DNA of 64,000 nucleotides from Paludibacteraceae bacterium (GCA_024399835.1 JAKSNK010000006.1:22655-86654), one strand, 5' to 3'. Positions 53,566-64,000 are shown, counted from the first letter of the stretch. A program made the numbers and translations. The notes: generated from the letters alone by a model not told the origin.

Positions 53566-54948
53566 ATGTTGGAAGACAAAAACATACACACTATCTACTT
53601 TCTGGGCATCGGCGGAATAGGCATGTCTGCTTTAGCACGCTATTTCCTGACATTAGGGTATCATGTTTGCGGCTATGACCGCACTCCTTCCCCGCTGACC
53701 AAGGAGTTAGAAGAGGAAGGAATAGAAATTGTTTACGACAACCAAGCAGATGAGATTGGTTTCAAATACAAGCAGCTGACAAAAGAGCACACATTGGTTG
53801 TGCGCACACCCGCTGTACCCGAAGAGCAGGAGATTTATACTTATTTCCGTGAGCACGGATTTACCATTTTCAAGCGCTCGGAGGTATTGGGCGAGATTAC
53901 CAAGCAGTCAGGTATCAAAGCCCTCTGCGTTGCCGGTACGCACGGCAAGACGACTACCAGTACCATGCTCGCCCACATCATGCACGGCAGCCACTTGGGA
54001 GCAAGTGCTTTCTTAGGGGGTATCAGCAACAACTACCATAGCAATTTATTGATAGACAAAGCCAGTCCGTTTGTAGTGGTTGAAGCGGATGAATACGACC
54101 GCAGTTTTCATCGTCTTAAGCCGTTTATGTCCGTCATTACCGGCATTGACCCCGATCACCTTGACATATACGGCACGGCAGAAGCATACCACGATGGATT
54201 TGATGTATATGCAGGATTAGTGCAGGAAACAATCATTGTCAAGAAGGGCTACAATGTATCTTCTGCATGCAAAGTATATACTTATTCAGGCAACGAACCT
54301 GCAGACTTTTATGCCGACAATATCACTGTTCGCAACGGGGAAATATATTTCGACTTTGTCGGACCGGATATCCGCATTCAGCAGGTTCAATTAGGCGTGC
54401 CTGTTTGGGTTAATATAGAGAATAGTGTTGCCGCTATGGCTATGGCATGGCTGAACGGAGCTACAGCAGACGAGATTAAGCAGGGCATAGAGTCCTTCAA
54501 TGGTGTTTATCGCCGCTTTAATATCCATGTTAAAACAGACAAACTCGTCTATATTGACGACTATGCACATCACCCCACTGAACTCAATGCCGCCATTCAG
54601 TCCATTCGGAAGATTTATCCGAATAGGCATTTTATGGTCGTTTTCCAGCCGCACCTCTACACCCGCACACGGGATTTTGCCAACGATTTCCGTCGCGTAT
54701 TGCATCAGGCGGATGAACTCATATTATTGCCTATCTATTCGGCACGCGAGTTGCCCATTCCGGGTGTAAACAGCGAAATGCTTTGTCAGGACAGTCCTGT
54801 ACCAGACAGAGTTGTGGAGAAAAAAGACCTTATAGCCCATTTGGACAAGCGGGTAAACGAAACAGACCGCCCGGTGGTCATATTAACATTGGGGGCAGGA
54901 GACATAGACCGATTAGTACCGGAGATAAGTTCACATTTTCAGCAATGA
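53566..54948 (+). CDS. murC: UDP-N-acetylmuramate--L-alanine ligase
   Basis: ORF 53533-54948 trimmed to ATG 53566, 30 nt after the -7 box; GIGGIGMSALA and GTHGKTTT motifs. Confidence 0.95.
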   Translation: MLEDKNIHTIYFLGIGGIGMSALARYFLTLGYHVCGYDRTPSPLTKELEEEGIEIVYDNQADEIGFKYKQLTKEHTLVVRTPAVPEEQEIYTYFREHGFTIFKRSEVLGEITKQSGIKALCVAGTHGKTTTSTMLAHIMHGSHLGASAFLGGISNNYHSNLLIDKASPFVVVEADEYDRSFHRLKPFMSVITGIDPDHLDIYGTAEAYHDGFDVYAGLVQETIIVKKGYNVSSACKVYTYSGNEPADFYADNITVRNGEIYFDFVGPDIRIQQVQLGVPVWVNIENSVAAMAMAWLNGATADEIKQGIESFNGVYRRFNIHVKTDKLVYIDDYAHHPTELNAAIQSIRKIYPNRHFMVVFQPHLYTRTRDFANDFRRVLHQADELILLPIYSARELPIPGVNSEMLCQDSPVPDRVVEKKDLIAHLDKRVNETDRPVVILTLGAGDIDRLVPEISSHFQQ

Positions 54949-55703
54949 AAGAAATTTGGAAACATATCATTATCATCACTTGTGGTGTACTGACTGCAGG
55001 AATCGTCATAACTGCCATGGTTATTAGCCATCGCATTCCCGATGTACCCGTGTGCCAAGACATGTCTATTCGTCTGTTGGATGCCAACCAACGCCAATTT
55101 ATGGCAACAACGGAAATCATCCAATTGCTCAATGAGCATCACATCAATCCTATCGGCAAGACAATGGACACTGTTCCCACACAACAGATAGAGCAACTTG
55201 TGGCAACCCATCCTGTTGTTCGAACCGTTGAGTGCTACAAATCTGCTGCCGGCAAAGTACACATTGAACTCACACAGCGCATGCCCCTGTTGCGCATCGT
55301 AACACCGGCTGAGACTTACTTCGTCGATACAGATCGGAAAATAATGCCCGTTAGACCCAGTGTACAAGCATCCGTTATCTGTGTATCGGGAGATTTGAAC
55401 AAACGATTTGCCACCACAGAGATAGCAAACCTCGTTGAATGGATAATGCAAGATGCCTATTGGGTTGAACAGGTGGAACGCATCGAGGTGGACAAAGGGA
55501 AACAAATACGACTGATACAAAAAAACGGAGCAGCGGAAATTATTATGGGGTCCATAGCCGGCTTTGAGCACAAACTGGGCAAACTGCGTCATTGGTACGA
55601 AGCAGGCAAAGAGTGGAACATCAACCAATATGCCTTGGTGGATATTCAATATAGAGGGCAAGTAATCGGTAAACAGAAAGAAGAACAAGAAGAGCAACAA
55701 TAA
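54945..55703 (+). CDS. ftsQ: cell division protein FtsQ
   Basis: ORF 54783-55703 trimmed to ATG 54945 (ATGA overlap with murC stop); single TM helix, then a POTRA-like domain; position between murC and ftsA. Confidence 0.8.
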   Translation: MKEIWKHIIIITCGVLTAGIVITAMVISHRIPDVPVCQDMSIRLLDANQRQFMATTEIIQLLNEHHINPIGKTMDTVPTQQIEQLVATHPVVRTVECYKSAAGKVHIELTQRMPLLRIVTPAETYFVDTDRKIMPVRPSVQASVICVSGDLNKRFATTEIANLVEWIMQDAYWVEQVERIEVDKGKQIRLIQKNGAAEIIMGSIAGFEHKLGKLRHWYEAGKEWNINQYALVDIQYRGQVIGKQKEEQEEQQ

Positions 55704-55704
55704 T

Positions 55705-56973
55705 ATGCCTAAACGAAACAATCAACAATTGGCAGATTCACTGCCGTTAGTGGCTATTGAGTTGGGAAGTCAATCGGTTAGAGCTATGGCTGCCGAAAAA
55801 ACAAGTTCCAACCAACTGCACATTTTAGGGTACGAAGAACAACATATCAAAAGAAAATACACTTCTCATGGAGTAGTTGAGCAAACTACCGAGATCGGAT
55901 ATACGATTAACCTCGTACTCAAGTTATTAGCCAACCGCATCCAGGTGGAAGCGTTGCCGGCAGCCGTCACATTATTAGGTGGTGAAACAATGCAAATAAT
56001 TGATATCGAGAGTTCTATTGATTTGGCTCGCAAGCAACCTATTAATGACACCGTATTGGACCAATTGGAAAATATCTGCACACAGAAAATCGTTCTGCAT
56101 AACCCACAGGCGACCGTGCTCGAATTGGTGCCCAGTTACTTTATATTGGACGGTGTGAAGCAAAACAACATTCCTACTGAACAACAGAGAGCCAAGAAAA
56201 TAACCGGACACTACACGGCATTCGTAGGCAAACAGGAATTGGTAGAAAAAGTACGATCCAGTTTTCATCACGCTATCATCGTATTGGAAAAAACATTTGT
56301 TCGCCCGGATGCGTTACTATCCGCTTTTCTATTTGGCGAACAAGAAATGGCGAACGAGGGGTGCGCGGTGCTGGACTTAGGAGCAGAGACGACGACGCTA
56401 TCTGTTTTCAAACAAAACACATACATAGATACCAAAGTGATTGCCAAAGGTGGACAAGATATAACAGATGCCTTGGCGGCAGCCGGACATATCTCCCCAC
56501 AAACAGCAGAGCAACTGAAGTGTCAATGCGGCTGGGCTGCACCGGAGTATGTTGAGAAAAACAGCAATGTACACCTATCACAACCCAAACTCAACGAAGA
56601 GTGGAACACCAATCTTACCGAGATTGCCACTATCATCCGACCTGTCGTTGACGAGACAATTACCCCTTTGATGGATGTGCTCAATCAATACAGCGGCCAT
56701 ATTAAACGACTATACATTACCGGCGGCGGCAGTCTCTTACCGGGATTGATTGATTATATCAGTACCAAAACCACCGTGGATGTTCAGTACGGCGCACATT
56801 GGCAGTTACTGGACGATGCAACACCGGACGAGTTTTGCTCGCCACGCTATTCCAGTTTGATTGGCGGACTTATCTTATGTAGCGATTATCGGGATGCACA
56901 CCCGGGACAAATCCTCAAACGCCCCAATAGGATTGATCTCATTAACACCTCTATACTGGAATTTTTTCAATGA
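55705..56973 (+). CDS. ftsA: cell division protein FtsA
   Basis: 422-aa ORF; actin-fold ATPase pattern (VAIELGS, LDLGAETT, ITGGGS); position upstream of ftsZ. Confidence 0.9.
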   Translation: MPKRNNQQLADSLPLVAIELGSQSVRAMAAEKTSSNQLHILGYEEQHIKRKYTSHGVVEQTTEIGYTINLVLKLLANRIQVEALPAAVTLLGGETMQIIDIESSIDLARKQPINDTVLDQLENICTQKIVLHNPQATVLELVPSYFILDGVKQNNIPTEQQRAKKITGHYTAFVGKQELVEKVRSSFHHAIIVLEKTFVRPDALLSAFLFGEQEMANEGCAVLDLGAETTTLSVFKQNTYIDTKVIAKGGQDITDALAAAGHISPQTAEQLKCQCGWAAPEYVEKNSNVHLSQPKLNEEWNTNLTEIATIIRPVVDETITPLMDVLNQYSGHIKRLYITGGGSLLPGLIDYISTKTTVDVQYGAHWQLLDDATPDEFCSPRYSSLIGGLILCSDYRDAHPGQILKRPNRIDLINTSILEFFQ

Positions 56974-56994
56974 ACAAATCAAATTTTTAATATT

Positions 56995-58245
56995 ATGGAC
57001 CTCAACGAACCACTTCCCTTGGAAAATATTGAAATTCAGGAAGATTGTCTCATCAAAGTCATGGGAGTTGGCGGCGGCGGTTGCAAAGCCGTTTCGCACA
57101 TGTACGAACAAAATCACATCGCCGGTGTTTCTTTTTTGGTATGTAACACCGACCAGCAAGCACTAACATCCAGCCCTATTCCTGCCAAATTACAATTGGG
57201 CAAAGGGTTAGGAGCCGGTGGCAGACCTGAGACTGCACGACAATACGCTGAAGAAAGTCGGGATGCCATCAAGCAAGCTCTCAATGACGGTACAAAAATG
57301 CTCTTTATTGCTGCCGGAATGGGAGGAGGAACAGGCACAGGAGCAAGCCCGATTATTGCACAAGTAGCACAGGAGATGGGCATTCTTACTGTTGGCATTG
57401 TCACCATTCCTTTTGCACACGAAGGAATACCTAAGATTCGCAAAGCATTCGCCGGAGTAGCTGCTTTGGCAGATAGTGTTGATGCCATCTTAATCATCAA
57501 CAACGAGAAACTAAAAATCATCTATCCCGACCTCAATGTAATTACAGGTTTTAAGAAGTCTGACGAAGTAGTTACCAACGCTGCACGCTCCATCGCAGAA
57601 ATTATCACGATTGAGGGATATATCAACACCGACTTTGCCGATGTCTATAACACCTTAAAAGATGGGCATGTAGCCATCATGAATGTGGGCGAAGCTTCCG
57701 GTGAACATCGTTTCTCCGAAGCTATCAATAATGCCTTGCATTCGCCGCTCATTAACACCAACAATATCCATGGTGCCAAGCGCATTCTCATGCAGTTCTA
57801 TTGCTCTGAGGAACAAGCACTTAACATGAAGGACACCGACGATATTTTGAAGTTTGTCAACGAAGTGGGAGACGAAGTCGAAGTACAATGGGGCATAACC
57901 CTCAACAATAGTTTAGGCGACACATTACGCGTCACTTTGATTGCTACCGGCTACGAAGTCAGCGACATACCTTCCCTGCACGAAACGGAGGGCAAACCGT
58001 CTATTGAAGAAGCTATCAATGCCCATTACAACGACTTACAGCAGACAAATAAGGAAGACGAAATACCCCAACAGATTGACCTCAAAGTAGAGCAAGGACC
58101 CGTTACAACGCCAAAAAAAGAGGAACAAGCAGTGGCTACTGCCAACGACGATATTATTATTTCTATCGGGGATGATAATAATGACACAAAAAAGAATAAT
58201 ACAGCCGACCAACGCCGTTTTGGTTGGATGCGCCAAAGACGATAA
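56995..58245 (+). CDS. ftsZ: cell division protein FtsZ
   Basis: 416-aa ORF; tubulin signature GGGTGTGA, NTDQQAL, conserved C-terminal peptide region. Confidence 0.97.
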   Translation: MDLNEPLPLENIEIQEDCLIKVMGVGGGGCKAVSHMYEQNHIAGVSFLVCNTDQQALTSSPIPAKLQLGKGLGAGGRPETARQYAEESRDAIKQALNDGTKMLFIAAGMGGGTGTGASPIIAQVAQEMGILTVGIVTIPFAHEGIPKIRKAFAGVAALADSVDAILIINNEKLKIIYPDLNVITGFKKSDEVVTNAARSIAEIITIEGYINTDFADVYNTLKDGHVAIMNVGEASGEHRFSEAINNALHSPLINTNNIHGAKRILMQFYCSEEQALNMKDTDDILKFVNEVGDEVEVQWGITLNNSLGDTLRVTLIATGYEVSDIPSLHETEGKPSIEEAINAHYNDLQQTNKEDEIPQQIDLKVEQGPVTTPKKEEQAVATANDDIIISIGDDNNDTKKNNTADQRRFGWMRQRR

Positions 58246-58266
58246 ACATTACTAATCTATCACAAT

Positions 58267-59235
58267 ATGGAAAAAGAAACCAATTTATTTGATTTACTCA
58301 AATCCGGTTGCCACGGCATTATACATGCAGTTAAAAAATGCTGGTGTCTATTGGGAAAGATGATGCAAATTACCTTTCAACAATGGTGGGTGGTTTTCCC
58401 TATCATTATCCTTTTTATCATTGCCGGTGCCCATTATTCGCGCAAAGACAATCGCATCTACAAAGTAAATGCCATCGCTGTTCTAAATGGTCCCACCACA
58501 GGCGCCGTCACGGATTATTTTCAGGCATTGAATCACACTATTGATGGTTGTACGGTTCAAAATCGTGCGCAACTCCTCAATTTGGATGCACTCACCGCTT
58601 GTCGTCTATCACACTTCAAGACATTCTATGTCATTGACAGCAAGGATGACGGAATGGCAGATTTTGTTGATTACAAGCACAAGAGCAAACCGCAAGACAC
58701 CATCAATGTACGCATGCCGAATATGATTGCCTTGCAGTTTAGAACCAAAGACATCGAAGCACTGCCCGAAATAGAACAACACATTTTGGCTTATTTCAAC
58801 AGCAACGAGCAGTTCCAAAAAGCATATGAGACGGCTTCCGTTTCCGTAGAACGCAGACACCAGTTTGACATCGAGCAGATGGAAAAATTAGACAGTTTGA
58901 CCTCTGCTTTCTATTTCGACCAAAAGGGACAAGATGCCACCAAGAATGTGAGCATTGATCGTTGGAATTCTGCTTTAGTGGTAGGTGACCGGCGCATTAC
59001 CTTGTTCTTGGACGAGATTGACGAATTCTTTGCCGCACGCCAAAGTCATGAGCAGACTTACACCTATCGTGAGGCACCGGTTGTTCTCATCAACCATTTC
59101 GTAGCCCTCGGCAGACCCGTCAATGGTCGACTCAAATGCCTCATTATCGCCATACTAATCGGGTGGATAATTGGTTGTATATTGGGAATAGGTATAAAAG
59201 ATAGAAAAAAGGTCATTGCCTTTTTGAAGCAATAA
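58267..59235 (+). CDS. two-TM membrane protein of unknown function (Wzz/PCP-like topology)
   Basis: 322-aa ORF; one TM helix near residue 40 and one at the extreme C-terminus around a soluble domain of about 230 aa; no motif recognised. Confidence 0.55.
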   Translation: MEKETNLFDLLKSGCHGIIHAVKKCWCLLGKMMQITFQQWWVVFPIIILFIIAGAHYSRKDNRIYKVNAIAVLNGPTTGAVTDYFQALNHTIDGCTVQNRAQLLNLDALTACRLSHFKTFYVIDSKDDGMADFVDYKHKSKPQDTINVRMPNMIALQFRTKDIEALPEIEQHILAYFNSNEQFQKAYETASVSVERRHQFDIEQMEKLDSLTSAFYFDQKGQDATKNVSIDRWNSALVVGDRRITLFLDEIDEFFAARQSHEQTYTYREAPVVLINHFVALGRPVNGRLKCLIIAILIGWIIGCILGIGIKDRKKVIAFLKQ

Positions 59236-59863
59236 CCTTTTTAACGATAAAGAATACAATTACTGCTCCAAGCAGTATCAATATGGCCACGCTTAGTTCG
59301 TGGCTATATTGTTTTATTAGGTCCATTTGACCGGCTGCCAGATACCCCAACAATGCCAATACAGTATTCCATATAAAAGCACCAAGAAAAGTGTAAAGCA
59401 GAAACGGTCCCATTTTCATGCGGGCCAAACCTGCAGGAATGGATATCAACTGACGAATACCGGGTATAAAACGACCTATAAAAGTGGACATATTGCCATG
59501 GTTGCAAAAATATGTCTCCGCTTGTTGGATCTTCTCGCCGGAAAGCAGACACATGTGACCTAACTTGGAATCGGCAAATTTATAAATGATCGGTCTTCCC
59601 AACCATACCGACAGATAGTAGTTGATGATTGCACCTAACATGGCGCCTAATGTGCCAAACATGACAATAAACAGCACATCCACCATATAATTACCCGTAA
59701 CGCACAACACGCTGTCAGGGTTGCCTGCTACAAAAGCGGCTGGAGGAATCACCACTTCACTCGGGAAGGGAATAAAAGACGATTCAACCGTCATCAACGC
59801 AGTAATCGACGCATAGTTCATATGCGCCGAATACCACGAAATGATAGTATCTACAATAGTCAT
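59213..59863 (-). CDS. DedA family membrane protein
   Basis: 216-aa ORF; ESSFIPFPSEVV and GRFIPGIR motifs of the DedA/SNARE-associated family. Confidence 0.85.
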   Translation of the reverse strand: MTIVDTIISWYSAHMNYASITALMTVESSFIPFPSEVVIPPAAFVAGNPDSVLCVTGNYMVDVLFIVMFGTLGAMLGAIINYYLSVWLGRPIIYKFADSKLGHMCLLSGEKIQQAETYFCNHGNMSTFIGRFIPGIRQLISIPAGLARMKMGPFLLYTFLGAFIWNTVLALLGYLAAGQMDLIKQYSHELSVAILILLGAVIVFFIVKKVIASKRQ

Positions 59864-61207
59864 TTATAGGAAAATCAATTGAACCAAAATATATACCGGC
59901 AATAGTACGATCAGTGAGAACTTAATCATATAACCGAAGAAAGACGGCATTTCAATTTTATTCTCCTCCGCAATGGCTTTTACCATAAAGTTAGGTCCAT
60001 TGCCGATATATGTCATACTGCCAAAGAATACAGCAGCGATACAAATGGCTTTGAGCAATAATTCAGGAATACCTGCTACCATGTGACTACCTATTTCCTC
60101 AACAGCACAACCTGCCATAGTAGCCATTGTTTGAGGATCTAACCCCGTTGCCATCGAATGGAATGCCACTGCAGTAGGCGTGTTGTCCAAGAAGGAGGAC
60201 AGCAGACCGGTAGAGTAGTAGTATTGCCAAATATGTGTCAAACCTAAGCTGGCAGCGTTTTGCTTCAAGAAGATTAACGCAGGAGCCATCGTCGTGAAAA
60301 TTCCGATAAACAATGCAGCAACCTCCAAAATGGGTGCCCAAGTGTATTTATTGTCATCATAGCGAACTTTGCGAGGTGTGGTGAGCAGGGACAATCCCAT
60401 AAACACAAGCATTGCTATCTCGCGCAAGTATTTGATATACAGGGGAGCATCTTCTTCACCCATGGCAGGAATAGTACCGGCATTAAGGAATGCTACAGAT
60501 GCCACAACACCTACCAACCAAAGGAAGTTGATATTTCCGCTCAAGCGCAAAGGTTGTGCCTCGCGAGCATCAGCAGACAATGCTGTCCAGTCTTCTTTCT
60601 TATAATAGTAGGTGTCTGCCAAGAAATACATAATCAGCAGCACTGCACCGGTGAACAACCATGGTGCCCACATACTGGCAAACCATGTAAACTCAGCGCC
60701 ACGCAGGAACAACATAAACAATGGTGGGTCTCCCAGAGGAGTCATCAGTCCGCCACAGTTAGCGACTAAGGCAATAAAGAACAGCACGGTGTGCATCTTG
60801 TACTGGCGTTGTTGATTGGTGGCAAGTACAGGACGAATAAGCAACATCGCTGCACCCGTTGTACCCATCAGCGAAGCCAAAAAGAAACCGATGGCGAGGA
60901 ACAGAGTGTTCACAATCGGTTTGGCTTTGATATCACCGCTCAGGTGAATACCGCCGGTAATAACGAATAGTGCCAACAGCAAAATAATAAATGGCACATA
61001 ATCAAAGAAAATCGTGTCCACCAACGAGTGCCCTAATCCCATGCAAATCATGTAGATAGCAACAGGTACACCCAAAACGGCAGATACAATCAACTTGTTC
61101 AGATTGCTTTCCCACTTCTCAGGAGCGATAATGGGACCAATGGCAATCGCAAGCAGCATAATTCCAAAAGGAATCATCGCCCATGCAGGCATCATAAATT
61201 GTTCCAT
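59864..61207 (-). CDS. Na+/H+ antiporter-like permease (NhaD/ArsB superfamily)
   Basis: 447-aa polytopic ORF; GDPPLFM and GNGPNFM hairpin motifs. Confidence 0.7.
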   Translation of the reverse strand: MEQFMMPAWAMIPFGIMLLAIAIGPIIAPEKWESNLNKLIVSAVLGVPVAIYMICMGLGHSLVDTIFFDYVPFIILLLALFVITGGIHLSGDIKAKPIVNTLFLAIGFFLASLMGTTGAAMLLIRPVLATNQQRQYKMHTVLFFIALVANCGGLMTPLGDPPLFMLFLRGAEFTWFASMWAPWLFTGAVLLIMYFLADTYYYKKEDWTALSADAREAQPLRLSGNINFLWLVGVVASVAFLNAGTIPAMGEEDAPLYIKYLREIAMLVFMGLSLLTTPRKVRYDDNKYTWAPILEVAALFIGIFTTMAPALIFLKQNAASLGLTHIWQYYYSTGLLSSFLDNTPTAVAFHSMATGLDPQTMATMAGCAVEEIGSHMVAGIPELLLKAICIAAVFFGSMTYIGNGPNFMVKAIAEENKIEMPSFFGYMIKFSLIVLLPVYILVQLIFL

Positions 61208-61266
61208 AAGGGTTAATAATTAGTTGTTATTTATCTATTTTTCTAGTATCCTAGTTATCTAGTATT

Positions 61267-63042
61267 CTAATCCAGTTTCAGCACAGCGAGGAACGCCTTT
61301 TGCGGCACTTCCACATTGCCTATCTGTTTCATGCGTTTTTTACCGCGTTTCTGTTTCTCCAGCAGTTTGCGTTTGCGGCTCACATCGCCGCCATAACATT
61401 TCGCCAGCACATCCTTACGAACCTGCTTAACTGTCTCACGGGCAATAATCTTTGCACCTATAGCGGCTTGAATGGCGATATCAAACTGTTGTCGTGGCAG
61501 CAACTCTTTCAGTTTTTCGCACATTCGCCGTCCGAAATCCAAGGCATTATCTCTGTGGGTCAGGGTCGATAAGGCATCCACCTGTTCTCCGTTCAGCAAT
61601 ATATCCAATTTAACCAAATTGCTTGGTCTGAAGCCATTCATATACCAGTCAAAGCTGGCATACCCTTTGCTGATAGATTTGAGTTTGTCGTAGAAATCTA
61701 TCACTATTTCGCCCAATGGCATATCAAACAGTATCTCCAGCCGGTCACCGGAGATAAACTCCTGTTTGACCAATTCGCCCCGTTTGTCCAAACATAATGT
61801 CATTATCGGACCGATGAAATTACTGGTTGTAATAATGCTGGCACGAATATATGGTTCCTCTATATGGTCTATCTCGGTCAAATCGGGCATACCTGCGGGA
61901 TTGTGAACTTCCTTCATTGTCCCGTCTTTCTGATAGACATTATACGACACATTCGGGACGGTCGTAATCACATCCATATCAAATTCTCTGTCCAAGCGCT
62001 CTTGCACTATTTCCATGTGCAACAATCCTAAAAAGCCGCAGCGGAAACCGAATCCCAGCGCAACCGACGACTCGGGTGCGAAACTCAACGACGAGTCATT
62101 TAATTGCAGTTTCTCCAACGAAGCACGCAAATCTTCATAATCTTCCGCCTCAATCGGATAAACACCGGCAAACACCATCGGCTTTGCTTCTTGGAAACCG
62201 TCTATCGCTTTTTCGCACGGACGACTGACATGCGTAATGGTGTCACCCACTTTGACTTCCGTCGATGTCTTAATGCCGGAAATAATATACCCCACCGTTC
62301 CTGCAGACAGTTCTTTAGTCGGCAGCATATCCATCTTCAATACGCCTATCTCGTCGGCATCATATTCTTTACCTGTGTTGAAAAATCGCACACGCTCGCC
62401 TGCGCGCAATGTACCGTTTACAACCTTAAAATAGGCAATAATACCTCTAAATGAATTGAAAACAGAGTCAAACACCAGGCACTGCAGAGGAGCATTGGGG
62501 TCACCCTCCGGTGCAGGAATACGCTCTATGATTGCATCCAATATATTCTCTACGCCTTCACCCGTCTTGGCGGAACAACGCAAGATTTCTTCGCGTTTGC
62601 AACCCAACAGGTCAATTATTTCGTCCTCCACCACATCCGGCATGGCGCTTTCCATATCGCACTTGTTCATTACCGGGATAATCTCCAAGTCATGATCCAA
62701 TGCCATATAGAGGTTCGTTATTGTCTGTGCCTGTACCCCTTGACTGGCATCTACCACCAGCAACGCACCCTCGCAGGCGGCTATACTGCGGCTCACTTCA
62801 TACGAAAAATCTACATGACCCGGAGTGTCTATCAGATTCAGCGTGTAACCTTTGTAGTTCATTTGGATGGCATGGCTCTTGATAGTGATGCCACGCTCTT
62901 TTTCCAAGTCCATATCGTCCAGGACTTGGTTCTCCATCTGCTTTTGATCTACTGTTTGGGTAATCTCCAGCATACGGTCAGCCAATGTGGACTTACCGTG
63001 GTCTATATGGGCGATAATGCAAAAGTTACGAATATTTTTCAT
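61267..63042 (-). CDS. lepA: translation elongation factor 4 (LepA)
   Basis: 591-aa ORF; [31 protein letters not shown] motifs and the LepA C-terminal domain. Confidence 0.97.
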   Translation of the reverse strand: MKNIRNFCIIAHIDHGKSTLADRMLEITQTVDQKQMENQVLDDMDLEKERGITIKSHAIQMNYKGYTLNLIDTPGHVDFSYEVSRSIAACEGALLVVDASQGVQAQTITNLYMALDHDLEIIPVMNKCDMESAMPDVVEDEIIDLLGCKREEILRCSAKTGEGVENILDAIIERIPAPEGDPNAPLQCLVFDSVFNSFRGIIAYFKVVNGTLRAGERVRFFNTGKEYDADEIGVLKMDMLPTKELSAGTVGYIISGIKTSTEVKVGDTITHVSRPCEKAIDGFQEAKPMVFAGVYPIEAEDYEDLRASLEKLQLNDSSLSFAPESSVALGFGFRCGFLGLLHMEIVQERLDREFDMDVITTVPNVSYNVYQKDGTMKEVHNPAGMPDLTEIDHIEEPYIRASIITTSNFIGPIMTLCLDKRGELVKQEFISGDRLEILFDMPLGEIVIDFYDKLKSISKGYASFDWYMNGFRPSNLVKLDILLNGEQVDALSTLTHRDNALDFGRRMCEKLKELLPRQQFDIAIQAAIGAKIIARETVKQVRKDVLAKCYGGDVSRKRKLLEKQKRGKKRMKQIGNVEVPQKAFLAVLKLD

Positions 63043-63056
63043 GCGAACCTGCGGAC

Positions 63057-63452
63057 TTATTTTCTACTGAAGGTCAAATCGTATTCGGGCACGCTGATTT
63101 CTTTCCAGGCATCGTCCAATTCGCATACGATAGGAGTATCCACCGGCACATCCATGGCTAATAATGTATTATCAACATCCGTCAGGGTGATGGTCACTTG
63201 ATTGCCCTTTTGTGTATAGATACCGGTTGCAATACCTCTTACATAACCGACTGCTTCCAATCTCACATGCTCCGAATCTTGAAATGTAGCCGTAATCGAA
63301 ACGGTAATAATGGATTTCTTAAACGAGCCCTCCCATTCAGTACCTACCAAACTGAGTTGAACTTCTTCTTCGTCTTTGTCTTTTTTACAGGAAACGAAGG
63401 TCATTGTGCCTGCCAAAACGGCTACCAATACGAGTAAAAAAATCTTTTTCAT
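63057..63452 (-). CDS. small lipoprotein of unknown function
   Basis: 131-aa ORF; lipobox FVSC followed by KKDKDEEE linker; promoter 63477-63507 upstream. Confidence 0.6.
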   Translation of the reverse strand: MKKIFLLVLVAVLAGTMTFVSCKKDKDEEEVQLSLVGTEWEGSFKKSIITVSITATFQDSEHVRLEAVGYVRGIATGIYTQKGNQVTITLTDVDNTLLAMDVPVDTPIVCELDDAWKEISVPEYDLTFSRK

Positions 63453-63476
63453 ACCAAAAATTGATTAATTTGACTG

Positions 63477-63507
63477 CAAAGGTACAAAAATATTTTGAAA
63501 TGTCAAA
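63477..63507 (-). promoter_or_regulatory. sigma-A type promoter for the lipoprotein-lepA-antiporter-dedA unit
   Basis: Plus strand CAAAGGTA 63477-63484 and CAAA 63504-63507, spacer 19 nt. Confidence 0.6.
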
Positions 63508-63524
63508 ATTTTTTAGTAATTTTG
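63494..63524 (+). promoter_or_regulatory. sigma-A type promoter for korA
   Basis: TTTG 63494-63497, 19-nt spacer, TAATTTTG 63517-63524; interleaved with the divergent promoter. Confidence 0.6.
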
Positions 63525-63546
63525 TGCTCGATTTGATGTTAGCATT

Positions 63547-64000
63547 ATGCAAAAGCAAAATGTAGTTATTCGATTTTGTGGGGATTCGGGCGATGGTATG
63601 CAGCTGACAGGCAACTTGTTTTCATCGTTGAGCGCCATTTTAGGCAACGAAATATCCACGCTACCCGACTTCCCTGCAGAGATTCGCGCCCCGCAAGGCA
63701 CCTTAGGAGGCGTATCCGGGTTCCAGATCAATTTAGGACAGGGCGTTTACACCCCCGGCGATAAAGCAGATGTCATCGTGGCGATGAATGCTGCAGCACT
63801 CAAGGTCTGCGTTCAAAACAAACTTTTCCACGAACATGCCGTTATCATCGTTGATACGGACACTTTCACACCTGCTGATTTACAGAAAGCCCTCTATAAG
63901 ACCGACAATCCTTTTACCGAACTCAATATTCCTGAGACGGTGCAAATCGTTCCCGTTCCTCTGACCATGCTCACCAAAGAGTCGCTCAAGGATAGCGGAT
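63547..64000 (+). CDS. korA: 2-oxoacid:ferredoxin oxidoreductase alpha subunit (KorA-like), 5-prime partial
   Basis: Not in the ORF track because it runs off the window. My translation from ATG 63547 gives MQKQNVVIRFCGDSGDGMQLTGNLFSS...FPAEIRAP.GT..GVSGFQI, the typical N-terminus of KorA/OorA-type enzymes. The start is 22 nt after a -7 box. Confidence 0.8.
   Translation, partial: MQKQNVVIRFCGDSGDGMQLTGNLFSSLSAILGNEISTLPDFPAEIRAPQGTLGGVSGFQINLGQGVYTPGDKADVIVAMNAAALKVCVQNKLFHEHAVIIVDTDTFTPADLQKALYKTDNPFTELNIPETVQIVPVPLTMLTKESLKDSG

Noticed and set aside
61243-61267. Three CTAGT(T)ATC-like units next to the lepA stop codon.
   Set aside because: The repeat is very short and degenerate and lies in a 59-nt intra-operon spacer. 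It is most likely chance or a weak structure with no further support.

Overview
This 64-kb window reads as ordinary, densely packed core chromosome of a Bacteroidales bacterium (Prevotella/Bacteroides-like). I call 56 protein-coding genes, almost all housekeeping.

Landmarks:
- The complete Na+-translocating NADH:quinone reductase operon nqrABCDEF (13.7-19.5 kb, minus strand).
- gcvP, pheS, pheT, prfC, lepA, der, nadA and mnmA.
- The T9SS pair porU-porV, with porV fused by overlapping stop/start codons to ispF, aroK and sufE.
- A peptidoglycan block (murA, murB, a GlcNAc-kinase-like gene, a SpoIID-like gene, a GT2 gene) back to back with a shortened dcw cluster (murC-ftsQ-ftsA-ftsZ).
- A partial korA at the right edge.

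Intergenic DNA carries the Bacteroidetes primary-sigma promoter signature (TTTG, 19-20 nt, TAnnTTTG) so regularly that 16 promoters can be placed by eye. I saw no rRNA, tRNA, CRISPR array, transposase, integrase, or recognisable defence or toxin module, and I do not see a multi-gene novel system.

The leads worth a second look are mostly non-coding:
1. A promoter-to-terminator, heavily nested ~155-nt RNA structure (12.48-12.64 kb). It lies in an AT-rich islet, upstream of an orphan 8-cysteine secreted protein.
2. A recurrent class of 11-bp tandem arrays. One is an in-frame 33-bp insertion in mnmA. One is a 9-unit array that exactly fills the gap in front of the porU transcription unit.
3. A 1.25-kb repeat-saturated non-coding region (43.6-44.9 kb). 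It contains an operator-like 21-24-bp inverted repeat that overlaps the -33 box of the DUF349-ftsE promoter.
4. A promoter plus terminator with no ORF between convergent genes (47.57-47.70 kb), a candidate sRNA.

All functional calls come from motif recognition by eye. No database search was run.
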